Both the position numbers and the translations under genes were made by a program. Shown piece after piece: positions 14,387 through 27,400 of a stretch of DNA of 64,000 bases. The notes under the pieces are model-generated. The model ran no database searches. It was not told the DNA's origin and saw only the letters and a list, made by a program, of their open reading frames with translations. The stretch comes from Octopus sinensis (lineage: Eukaryota), in assembly GCF_006345805.1 (NCBI RefSeq), contig NC_043003.1, positions 90,582,001 to 90,646,000 on the forward strand. Reading direction: 5' to 3'. The stretch's first letter is position 1. Each line of letters begins with the position of its first letter.

Positions 14387-14418
14387 TTTATGTATATGAT
14401 ATATATATAATATATATG

Positions 14419-14449
<31 letters not shown>

Positions 14450-14744
14450 ATATGTATATGTATATATATATCATATAGATATATATATATCATTGGCCTG
14501 CTTGCATAGCCAGCGGGGTGGCATCATTCGAAGGCTAAAACAATGCGAATGCATTGTGACCAGCGATGCGTAACTAAATCTGATGGACTGGTCGGTCACG
14601 TGATCATGTGATATATATCATATATCTATATATATATATATATATCTATATATATCATATATCTATATATATATATATATATCATATATCTATATATATA
14701 TATATATATATCATATATCTATATATATATATATCATATATATA

Positions 14745-14902
14745 TGTCCAACCCATGCTAGCATGAAAGACGGACGCTAAACGATGATGATGATGATATA
14801 TATATACTCTTTTACTCTTTTACTTGTTTCAGCCATCCGGCTGAGGCCATGCTGGGGCACCGCCCTTGTTGCTACATATACATATATATATATATATGTA
14901 TA

Positions 14903-14940
<38 letters not shown>

Positions 14941-15180
14941 CATCATCATCGTTTAGCGTCTGTTTTCCGCGCTAGCACGGGTTGGACGGTTCGACCGGGC
15001 TCTGGGAAGCCAGGGGCTGCACCAGGCTCCAGTCTGATCTGGGAGTGTTTCTATAGTTGGATGCCTTTCCTAACGCCAGCCACTCCACGAGTGTAGTGGG
15101 TGCTTTTTACGTGCCACCTGCACAGGTGTCAGGGGAGTCTGGCATCGGCCACAATCGGTTGGTGCTTTTAACGTGCCACA
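14745..15180. mobile_element. Two short RTE 3' ends in opposite orientation (14745-14797 +, 14939-15180 -) with a SINE/CR1-type tail between them
   Basis: Both carry the terminal palindrome and a GAT tail. 14800-14865 (-) is a GGCGGTGCCCCAGCATGGCC stem-loop tail. Confidence 0.85.
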
Positions 15181-15195
15181 TCATATATATGTATA

Positions 15196-15228
<33 letters not shown>

Positions 15229-15257
15229 TATGATATATATATATATATATATATATA

Positions 15258-15294
<37 letters not shown>

Positions 15295-15668
15295 ATATAT
15301 ATATATGATATATATATAATATATATATATGATATATATATATATATATATATGATATATAATATATATATATGATATACATATATATATATATATATGA
15401 TATATATATATATATATATATATGATATATATATATATATATATATGATATATATATATATATGATATACATATATATATATGATATACATATATATATA
15501 TGATATACATATATATATATATATATGATATACATATATATGATATATATATATATATATATATATATTTCAACAATTGAGGGTAAAATTAATTAATTAA
15601 TCAATTTCACCAAGTATTCAGTATGCAAAGGGACCATTTAAGGCGAATTCAAATTATTACATTATATG

Positions 15669-15891
15669 AAAGGGCTTAGTAAAATAAATTACTTTGCCGC
15701 ATACTGAACTCATTAGAAATAGCAGCCAAAAAAAACTTTTCTAAAACTATTTCTAATACTTAAAGAAAACCTCTCTCATATAGTGTTGCTCAATTCTTTA
15801 AGTATTAGAAATAGTTTTAGAAAAGTTTTTTTGGCTGCTATTTCTAATGAGTTCAGTATGCGGCAAAGTAATTTATTTTACTAAGCCCTTT
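15669..15891. repeat. About 98-bp inverted repeat with a 26-nt spacer
   Basis: 15669-15767 versus 15794-15891. The only difference seen is A8 versus T7. Confidence 0.93.
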
Positions 15892-16631
15892 TATATAATA
15901 TATATATATATATATCATATACATATATATGATATATATATATATATATATATCATATACATATATATGATATATATATATACATATATCATATACATAT
16001 ATATGATATATATATATACATATATATGATATATATATATATATATCATATACATATATATGATATATATATATATATCATATATATGTATATGATATAT
16101 ATATATATATATCATATATATGTATATGATATATATATATATATTTTTTTTTTCTGTACTTGTTTCAGTCATTTGACTGCGGCCATGCTGGAGCACCGCC
16201 TTTTAGAGTGGTGAAAGAGTACAGCAGGGATCACCACCTCCTGCCGGAGCCTCGTGGAGCTTTTAGGTGTTTTCGCTCAATAAACACACACAACGCCCGG
16301 TCTGGGAATCGAAACCGCGATCCTCCGACCGCAAGTCCGCTGCCCTAACCACTAGGCCATATGTATATATATGTATATCATATACATATATATGATATAT
16401 ATATATATATCATATATATGTATATGATATATATATATATATATATCATATATATGTATATGATATATATATGTATATGATATATATATATATATATCAT
16501 ATATATATGTATATGATATATATATATATATATATCATATATATGTATATGATATATATATATCATATATATGTATATGATATATATATCATATATATGT
16601 ATATGATATATATATATCATATATATGTATA

Positions 16632-16676
<45 letters not shown>

Positions 16677-16695
16677 ATATATATATATATATATA

Positions 16696-16900
<205 letters not shown>

Positions 16901-16911
16901 TATATATGTAT

Positions 16912-16956
<45 letters not shown>

Positions 16957-16967
16957 TATATATGTAT

Positions 16968-17004
<37 letters not shown>

Positions 17005-17015
17005 TATATATGTAT

Positions 17016-17059
<44 letters not shown>

Positions 17060-17074
17060 CATATATATGTATAT

Positions 17075-17108
<34 letters not shown>

Positions 17109-17185
17109 TATATGTATATCATATATATATATATATATATAATATCATATATATGTATATCATATATATGTATATATATATATAT

Positions 17186-17217
<32 letters not shown>

Positions 17218-17671
17218 AATATTAATAACAAGGTAATTGTATCTGAAGTCAATTCCAACAGAATTAAATTTATGTCAAGTAACTCTAAAATTTAAAATTC
17301 TATGTACCAGTGTATAATCAATACTAGGAAGTTATCTAAAACACATAAAAAATACATAAAAAATATATAAAAATATATAAAATCTTCTTGGGACATAACA
17401 TAGAAAGCATGTTCTATCTGCACTCCATTTCCCTTTGTATAACGGTATTTTTTTCTTAGCGTTTTCAAATAGCCAGATAACCGAAGAGATGGTGTTGTGG
17501 ATTTCCACTTCAGCATCTGAAACTCAGAGTTTTATTTTGACTATCGAGTAATGTAACATATTGTATAGATAAATTTCCTCTATTTACATAATATTGAGGT
17601 CTCTTTCTTTCTTTTGTTATCTTACCGTTTTACCAATAAATATTATATATATATATTGTATGTATGTATAT

Positions 17672-18073
17672 TTCCTCTTTCCTCTTTTACTTGTTTCAGT
17701 CATTTGACTGTGGCCATGCTGGAGCACCGCCTTTAGTCGAGCAAATCGACCCCGGGACTTATTCTTTGTAAGCCCAGTACTTATTCTATCGGTCTCTTTT
17801 GCTGAACCGCTAAGTGACGGGGATGTAAACACACCAGCATCGGTTGTCAAGCAATGCTCAGGGGACAGACACACACACACACACACATATATATATACAT
17901 ACATATATACGACAGGCTTCTTTCAGTTTCCGTCTACCAAATCCACTCACAAGGCATTGGTCGGCCCGGGGCTATAGCAGAAGACACTTGCCCAAGATGC
18001 CACGCAGTAGGACTGAACCCGAAACCATGTGGTTGGTTAGCAAGCTACTTACCACAAAGCCACTCCTGCGCCT
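17672..18073 (-). mobile_element. tRNA-derived SINE family 1, full-length copy
   Basis: Reverse complement of 39694-40117 at high similarity. Confidence 0.9.
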
Positions 18074-18322
18074 ATATATATATATATATTGTATATATAT
18101 AATATATATATGTAAATTTGAGAAAAACCTTTATTATGTAATTCAAACTATGACATAAAACATATACAGAAAAAACATATACAGAAAAAGATGCAGCACA
18201 GAGAAAAAATAAAATATATGATAAAAACAATTTATCTAGACCACAAAAAGACTACGTACGTTTCTTCAATTCAAATTACTTTGTGAAATAGTTTGTAACG
18301 TAAAATGTTATAGTATAGATAG

Positions 18323-19835
18323 TTCTAGTTCTAGTTTCTAGTTTTAGCTCACGAGCTGTGGCCATGCTGGGACACCGCCATTTGGTGTTGCTACATGATT
18401 TTACTTCACGAATGCTTTTTAGCAATTGACTATTGGTGCATGGAAGAGCCTGAAGCAGCTGCCCTCAACTGCATCTCCTGCTGCGAAGTTGGTTCATCTG
18501 GGACACCTGAGAGGAAGAGGTCCAGCTTTAGTTTGAAGACACCTACATCCACCCCATGCAGGTCCTTTTGGAGGATATTGAAGAGCTGTGGACCTCTGAA
18601 GCCCAGGCTATTGCAGTATCTTGTCCTACATCTTGATGGCAAATTTTGTAGTCCTTGGCACTATGCAGTGGTGCCCAGTTCTAGTATTTGTGTAAAGTTT
18701 GGGACAAGTCCTTCCAGGATCTTCCAGATGTATATTATGGCATATCTTTCTCGCCTACGCTCTAAGGAATAGTCTTAATCTCTTGAGTCTTTCCCAGCAG
18801 CTTATATGCTGCATAGAGGCTATCTTCTTCATGTGGCTTCATTGGATTGCCTCAAGTTCTGAGATTAATTTGACACTGGTTGGTGACCATAGCTGAGAGC
18901 AATAGTCAAAGTGGCTTAGGACCATCATGGTTTCCTGGTCTCTTGTTCTAAAAGCTCTAAGAATCCATCCGGTCAGCCGCCTACATTTCATTGCCAATTT
19001 AGCAGCATGCACATGAAAGGTTGCATCATTACTCATGTAAATGCCCAGGTCTCGCACTGATTGTGCCTCTGGGATTGCAATCCCTCCAGGTCCAGTGTAT
19101 TTATTGGTTATTGCATTTAGTTTTGCATGCTGATAGCACAAAGCTTGAAACTTTTCAGCATTGAACTGCATGCTATTTTTTTCAGCCCACTTGTATATTT
19201 TGTCCAGCTCACATTGCAGGTGCATAGTGTCTTCAGGGTTCTGTACTGCCTGTGAAACTTTTGTATCATCTGCATAACTTGTGATTGTGGCTCTCTGCGT
19301 CACTGAGGGCATGTCTGAGAGAGCCATTATGAACAGTAGTGGTCCCAAAACAGTGCCTTGCGAAACACCGCTCACTATTTGCGTGTCATTGGAGGTGGCC
19401 CCATTGGCTACTACCACCTGACTTCTATCCTTCAGAAAGTCATGAAGCCATTCTCCCATTTTCCAACTATGCCAAGATCACGCAGCTTGTGACATATCAT
19501 TCCATGATCGACTTTATCAAAGGCCTTTGCAAAGTCGAGATATATCACTTCTACATTTGAATGGTTGAGCAGCTGTTTCAGCACCCAGTCATAGTGTTGT
19601 AGGAGCTGAGTTAGGCAGCTTCTTCTTGGTCGGAAACCATGTTGGGTGTCAGGCAGCAAGCTATTTTCTTCAAGGAAGGCGATTAGTTTCCTTCTGACTA
19701 TTCGTTCCATGACCTTGCTATGTGTGAGGTCTGTAGTTCTTGGCCTCCGCTCTGCTACCTCCTTTATGAATAGGGCATATTTTACCTTCCTTCAGTTTTC
19801 TTGGAAGTTTGCCAGTTGCAATGAAGCTCTGAAAA
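18323..19835 (-). mobile_element. 5'-truncated CR1-clade LINE, copy 1
   Basis: QHGFRPRRSCLTQLL, EVIYLDFAKAFDKV, GVSQGTVLGPLLF, YADD, DYCSQLWSP. The 3' tail ends in CTAGAA-like repeats. It is inserted into an AT-rich host repeat whose two halves rejoin. Confidence 0.92.
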
Positions 19836-20883
19836 GTTATTATTTTTTTTGTACTATTGAATTTAATAATAATAATAATAATAATAATAAGTATTTTCCT
19901 TAATAAGCAAAATATTAGATCTAGACATATAAAAACTAAGTTCTATGTTTTTCATTTAAAATATTTTTCAGTTCATAAAATATCTTCAAAAAAATAAGTA
20001 TATGTTTTATTTAAGAAATAATGGTGAAATTTATATGATAATTGATTAAAAAAATGTATTTCTAATTTTTTTTTAATTGTTAATTATAATTATAAGTTAA
20101 AATACGTATTTTTATTTAATTATTCTTATTATTATAATTATTATATGTGAACTAAAATCTAAAAGTATTATTTGTGGTTGTTTGTGTAATAGTTTATAAC
20201 GTAAAATATTATAATATAGGTAGTGAAAAGCTTTTTTTCTTTATATACTATTGAATTTAATAATTATAATAAGTACTTTGTTTATTTTATCAATGAGTGA
20301 AATATTAGTTCTAGACATAAATTAGTTAATTTATGTAATAAGTTTAAATTATTTGTGAGCATATTGTTGAAATATATACAAAATACTATTGCAGGATTGT
20401 GGCTGCAACATTGTTGATATTAGATATATTTTTAGTCGAGACATGTTTTGTATAGAGTTTAGTACATAGTATCGGATCAAATTAATACACAATTTATTTA
20501 ATTAATTAATAAATATAGATTAAATTATAGTAATTTAGTTTAACTTAAGTATATGATGTATTTTAAGTATTTTTTAAATTTTAATTATTTTGACTCTTAT
20601 ATTTTTCCAGTAAACATATACTATAGTTTGTTTAGATTATTCTCAAAGCTAAAATATATCTTCACAGATAAAATACATATTTCTATCTATTTACTCTATT
20701 TTTTTTACCTTAGGTTTTTAACATGATAAATGTATTATAAACACCTGGTCCTTCTTTTAAGTTTTAAATTTAGTTAAGAAGAATCATGTTTTTATTTCTT
20801 TAAGAAATATTGTTTAATTCTGTTTGATTATTGATTATTTATCAAAAATATGTATTTATTTAAAAATTATTGTTATTATTATT

Positions 20884-20983
20884 GACCTGAGGACTGACTA
20901 TACTTTTAAATTGAATTGTTTTTGGATCCATTAAATTTAAATTTAATTCGAATTGAAGTTATAGCCACGAAACGTACGTAGTC
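20884..20983 (+). ncRNA. Type I hammerhead-like motif with a long stem II
   Basis: GAC-CTGAGGA-[75 nt closed by TGACTATA/TATAGCCA]-GAAAC-GTAC-GTA-GTC. Confidence 0.6.
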
Positions 20984-21204
20984 TTTTTACTTATTATATA
21001 CTGTTTATTTATTATCTACTTTTTGTGATTTAGATAAATTGTTTTTATCATATATTGTATCATCATCATCATCATCACCGTTTAACGTCCACTTTCCATG
21101 CTAGCATGGGTTGGACGATTTGACTGAGGACTGGCGAACCAGATGGCTGCAATCTTGATCTGGCAGAGTTTCTACAGTTGGATGCCCTTCCTAACCCTCT
21201 GAAA

Positions 21205-21246
<42 letters not shown>

Positions 21247-21267
21247 TATATATATATATATATTGTA

Positions 21268-23045
21268 TATAAATCCTTAAAAATGTTTCAGCCCGAAGGC
21301 TGCGGCCATGGTGGGGCACCACTGCTGAATGAGCTACACTAGTATGTGAATCCACCTCTGATATGTGGCACTTGGTCAACAAGGGAGTTCAATGCTGCTG
21401 CCCGCATCTGTGTCTCCTGCCAAGAGGTAGGTTCATCTGGGATCCCTGACAAGAAGAGATCCAGTTTAGTTTTAAAGAAACCCACATCCACACCATGCAA
21501 GTTTCTCAGGCATTTAGGGAGGATGTTGAAGAGCTGTGGTCCTCTGAAACCCAAGCTGTTGCAGTATCTGGTCCTGTATTTTGATGGTGATGTTGGAATC
21601 TTTGGCACCATGCAGTGGCGCCCTGTTCTGCGGTTGGAGTAACTTTGAATGCCAAAGTTTGGGACAAGACCCTCCAGGATTTTCCAGATGTATATCACTG
21701 CATATCTCTCCCGCCTTCGCTCTAGGGAGAAGAGTTTTAATACTTTCAGTCTTTCCCAGTAGCTGATATGTTGCATTGAGACGATCTTCTTAGTGTAGCT
21801 TCTTTGAATTGCTTCAAGTTCTGCTGTTAGCTTTATATTGTGTGGTAACCATAGTTGGGAGCAGTAGTCTAAGCGGCTGAGGACGAAAGTTTTCCAAAGG
21901 ACCATCAGTGTCTCCTTCTCTCTTGTTCTGAAAGTTCAGAGAATTCATCCAGTTAGCCGTCTGCATTTTATCACCAAATTAGTAATATGCACTTGGAAAG
22001 ATGCATCATTGCTCATATCAATGCCCAGGTCACGCACTGATTTTGACTCAGGAATTACAATTCTTCCCAGGCCAGTGTATCCAGTCTGCATGTCGTTTAC
22101 CTTTGTGCCGGTAGTGCAGGGCCTGGAACTTCCCTGCATTAAACTGCATGTTGCTGTCCTCAGCCCACCTGTATATTGTATCCAACTTCTGTTGCAGATG
22201 CGCAATATTTCCAGGGTTTTGTATTGTGTGAGAGACTTTTCTGTCATCTGCATAGCTAGCAAGGGTGGCCATCTTAGCAACTGAGGGCATATCTGAAAGG
22301 GTCACTATGAACAGCAGTGGCCCCAAGACAGTGCCCTGTGGAACACCGCTTGTTATTTGTATTTCCTTGGAGGTGGCTCCATTGGCCACAACTGCCTGCC
22401 TTCTATCTTTTAGGAAGTTGTGCAGCCACTCTCCAAGTTTTCCGCCTATGCTGAGACCACGCAGTTTGTGACAAATCATACCATGGTTGACTTTATCAAA
22501 GGCTTTTGCAAAGTCGAGATATATCACATCCACATTTGAGCTATTTGGTAGCTGTTTTAACACCCAGTCATAGTGTTGCAGGAGCTGTGTTAGGCAGCTT
22601 CTACCTGGTCGAAATTCATGCTGGGTGTAAGTCAGCAAGTCATTTTCTTCAAGGAACATGATTAGTTTCTTGCGGACTATTCGTTCCATGACTTTGCTGA
22701 TGTGTGAGGTCAGAGAGATAGGCCTATAGTTTTTAGCATCTGCTCTGCTTCCTCCCTTATGGATAGGGCATATTACCCCCTCTTTCAGTTTGACTGGGAG
22801 CATACCACTTGCAAGAAAGCTCTGAAAAAGAAGCTGTAGCGGTTTTGCAAGGGCTCGTTTGCACGATTTGAGAAGGATCGCTGGAAATCCATCAGGTCCA
22901 GCAGCTGAGTTTGTGTCAATCTCATCTATGGCTAGTGTGATATCATCATCTTCAATGTTGATGTACTCAATTTTTGCCTCTTTGGCCACAGGTAAAGTGG
23001 CAAAGAATTCTTCTGGGTTGTTTACTTGTCTGTGTCCTAGAGGTG
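21268..23045 (-). mobile_element. 5'-truncated CR1-clade LINE, copy 2
   Basis: ORF 22048-23088 (AGPDG, NYRPISLTS, DVIYLDFAKAFDKV, GVPQGTVLGPLLF, YADD) plus C-terminal ORF 21339-21905 (YWERLKVLKLFSLERRR). Confidence 0.93.
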
Positions 23046-24799
23046 TAGTGAATATATATATATATATATATATATTCATCATCATCATCGTTTAACGTCC
23101 GTTTTCCATGCTAGCACGGGTTGGATGGTTTGAACGGGGTCTGGGAAGCCAGGAGGCTGCATCAGGCTCCAGTCTGATCTGGCAATGTTTCTACAGCTTG
23201 ATGCCCTTCCTAACGCCAACCACTCCGTGAGTGTAGTAGGTGCATATTACATGCCACCGGCACAGGTACCAGGGGAAGCTAGCAACAGCCACACTATACA
23301 AATATTCTTTTAAAAAAACTTTTATTTTAATTTTTCTAAATTTGTCTTTTCGTAAATTTCAACTATATGTGTGTATGTGTATGTGCGCCCATGCGCTTAT
23401 GTACATATATCTGTGTGTGTCTGCATGTATATATGAATTGTATGAGTATATACAAGCTTAGGGTGTGTCCTTGTCACTTCCTAATGAACTACATACACAT
23501 AATTATATCATACAATATAATACAAGTGGCTATTTTTAAGCATTCTTTCTATACACTTCATTATTAACCATGTCAGTCTGAATGAAATGCAATAGATAAA
23601 TATCCAATTTGACACAATGAATCAAAAAATAAAAGAACAGACCACCAAGACAATTTAAAAATGAAAAGGTGGCTGGATTGTTCAATAGAAAATGCTAATA
23701 TTTCCAATATACTGTTGTCTCTGAAAGCATGTTTTCTATCTTTCAGAGCCTAATGGTCAAAACTTATAGATTATTGATTATAACGTGTATTGTCATATAG
23801 AGAAAACTAAAAACAGATGCCTAATCCAAACTTAAGACATAAGAAGGCTGCGGTTAAATTCAGAAGTGGTGAATTAAAATTTAGATTTTGTATTAAAAAA
23901 TAACTGCGTTGTTTTAGTTTTCTAGATGTTTGCTTTGTTGTCTATTCTATTATTAATTTGTAAATATATCCTGTTAACAACTGCACACTAACTACCTACC
24001 CAGTCTGTGATACATCATTGTTATGCTAATGTCGTTATGGTGTTGCATGCCACTACCTGATCAGGACTATTTAAGGTGACTACTAGTATGATGTTAGGAA
24101 CAGTTTTTATTGTATCTCGCTTGGAGAACATTAGTGAATTGCGGTATACAGTTATAAGAGATGACTGAAGTTTTGAACTTACTTTTAGTTGTGATTTATA
24201 ATTATGGTAAATATAGTAGTTGGCAACAAGAACTTATCACTATAATAATCACCCAACAACACTGAAATAGCATCTATTGAATACTAAGCTGGAGTTTAAC
24301 GAAAAGCTGCTTATAGATGACACTAAGCCTGACCTAGTGAAGCAAGAAACATCTTCAATGTGGAAGCTTTTTTATGTAAATTTTCAGCAATCAAAGATGA
24401 CCCTGAAATAGAGGGTTTTTTATGAATTGATTCATTTGTGTTCAGAATAAAACAAAAATTCTCAAATCCATCTTGGACCTAATTATAACCATGTTGCAAT
24501 GGTACTATCAGAGCAAGCATTCGTTCTGTAATACAGCCAACTTCTAATATAGAAGAATTTAATGCTACCTTACTAGCAAGGACTCTCATAAACAGAAATT
24601 TAGCAAACAAGTAACAGAGCAAAGCCATGATTTAAAAAAGTGCAACGAATTGTGGATCATCAGATTCTTGTAGGTCCTGTTCTGCATATGAGAAGAAATA
24701 CTGCCAATGCGGTAAATTTGGACATTTCTGCAAGTCAAAACTACTGTTAGTATTCTCTTACCAAGTCCATCCATAACGTCAATGTTAACATAAGTGCTT

Positions 24800-27400
24800 T
24801 GAAGACTCTGATGAAAAGGCTGCATGTTGTGTAAGAAATCATCACATCTGGTTAACTGTAAATTGGAAATCCAGTTCAAACGTAATCAGATACTGACACA
24901 CCATGCACGACCCATAATGTAACTTTGTTGCTAATAAAGTTATTAATCACCAAAGCTAGTGACATGCAGAAGGAGTTGGCACTGCAACAGTTTTGTCCAA
25001 TTTTGGAGACAAATATGACAGCTTTGTTGTAATTAATAGTCCTTTTAATTTTGGAATGTTCAGTGAACAAACACCTGGCGCCATGATACTGTTTCCATTA
25101 TTTACTACTGATACACATCGCAAAAATAAAGTTAAATATGTTTATTTGGTCAGTTTCAGTACGCACACACCTACACAAATATAACTGTGACTATAAAAAT
25201 GGGGCAACGTTACCGATTATTTGGGTGCAGGTAAAAAGAAGGTAAATGAAGAATCTGCGCCAATTACAAAGTACTTTTCAATGACAAGAATCAGCTCCTC
25301 AACTTGCAACAATATTCACTATGTACAAAGAGGAAAGTCTTTTTTTCTTCTTCATTTGACTTAAAGTGTATACTTGCAGATTGGTTTAGATAGGGACCCT
25401 GTAATACATATAATCTATGATCTTTATTTAATCAAGAGGAGCTCGCTTTGCACCCAGCTGGTTTCTGGTTCAGCCCTACTGCGCGGCACATTGGGGATAG
25501 CATCTTCTATTATAGCCCAGGGCCAACCAACGCCTTGTGCGTAAATTTGGTGGAAGGAAACTATGAAGAAGCCCGTCATATGTGTGTGTGTGTTTTGCCC
25601 GCCACCATTGCTTGACAACTGGAGTTGGACTGTTTACATCTCCGTCACTTAGAGGCTCAGTAAAAGAAACTGATAAAATAAGTACCAGACTTATTGGCAT
25701 AATTATCCACCAAGCTGACAAGTTTAACAACAATCCAGGAGTAAAATCCGAAAAGTCGAGAAAATGCATTCATTCATAAACTGAAAGGATTAATACAAAC
25801 AAATGCAATAATTGTGCATATTTCATAAAAGCCAAAAGAACTGAATATTTCAAAAGATGGGATTAACACATCTTAAAATCTTTGAAAGAAGAAATTGAAA
25901 AATATCTCAGGTGCAAAAACTATTATTGCTGGCTTATACGAAAATTTGCAAAAAACCTCTTATTGCAACAAAAGAGAAAAGGAAACATACCAAGAACAGG
26001 CCTTCAAGACCACTGAAATCTTTTACTGAATACTCTGTTATGACAATATTTTCTAACGTGTGTAAGACATTTCTTACTTTCAATGCTTTTCAATATGGTA
26101 GCATGAATATCATCTTGCAAATGGAAAGCCCGTGGTTTATGATTGTGGCAATATTGAATATGAAGTATATGCAATGATATTGTACGTTGAAAGATTGATA
26201 CATATTCTATTAAGGAAATCTTTCACACTGGAAACTGATCATCAGCCACTGAAAGTTATTCTTTATATATTTTGAAAGGATTTTCATATTGCCAGCGAGC
26301 CTCGCAGTAGATTACCAAATGGACCTTTATATTATCACACTATAATTTCTAAACGATTTGTGCCTGGTAAAGCAAAATGGCCACTTTAACACTCTCAGAA
26401 TACCAATATTTGGTTCAGATCCGTCTGTTGCTGTGTTCTTTAAATAGTCATTACACTCTGGCATAGATGATGATTAATTTACTTTTGCTGGTGCTAACGT
26501 GGTTGATGATGTTTAAATTTTTTTAACACATGCACCTTTGATATTTGTTTAAAGAATTGCATACCTGGGAAAGACTCTTTTAACCAGACAGCCATCTGAT
26601 CTGATTTTACCTTAAACAAAAAACAGGCAATTTATTCCTAAGAATTTGTCATATCTAGGGACATATATGCTAAAATCAGATTCAAATGTCCTATTGTTCT
26701 GATAAATAATTTGACTCACACTTGGAACAATTACATAAAGACTGGAGATATGTACAAAATGCTAGGAATGAGTTATTATTGACTTAGTCACTTAGATGGA
26801 ATATCCTTTTTATGTTCAGGTAGCAGCCGAAGAGACGTAAGGGACACAGAACTGGAATTCCCATCATCATCATCATAATTTTAATGCCAACTTTTCCATG
26901 CTCGTGTTGGTCTGACGGAATCTGTTGAGGCAGGTTTTCTACGCCTGGATTCTCTTCCTGTTGCCAACACTCACCTGCTTCTAAGCAAGGTAATATTTCC
27001 CCATGACCAGACATTTTTTCACAGAAGATTGGAAGCAGTGGACACTGCTTGTGTTACAGTGACACTCATTTACAATAATCATGCAATCCCATGATGAGGA
27101 GACACAAATCCACTCAATTGTCAATCCGGTCGGGAAGTAAACTTCTTAACGACAGAGTCATGTCTGCTCCAAGCATGGCCACTGCTTCTACAATGTCATT
27201 AATATCTTTCAATTAAAGGTTTAGTTAAACTGATTTATAGCAGGTATCCTACCTATAGCCCGAAATCTAATGGTGCACCAAAAAGACCTGTGCGAATAAT
27301 CAATGGAAAATTTTTGTATTTGCTAAATAATCTCTCCAACCATCTGGTGGATGCAAGTCAATGCTCTATGAGTAATTATTTGGCAGGCAAGAGTAACAGT
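24800..27400 (+). mobile_element. Heavily eroded Ty3/Gypsy LTR-retrotransposon internal region
   Basis: Motifs occur in Gypsy order: CMLCKKSSHLVNC knuckle (24821-24859), RT end (ISKDGI; NYY..IRKFA, about 25850-25950), RNase H FTLETDHQPLKV...FVPGK (about 26220-26375) and integrase YSPKSNG (about 27255-27280). Interrupted by a SINE and an RTE 3' end. Confidence 0.55.
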
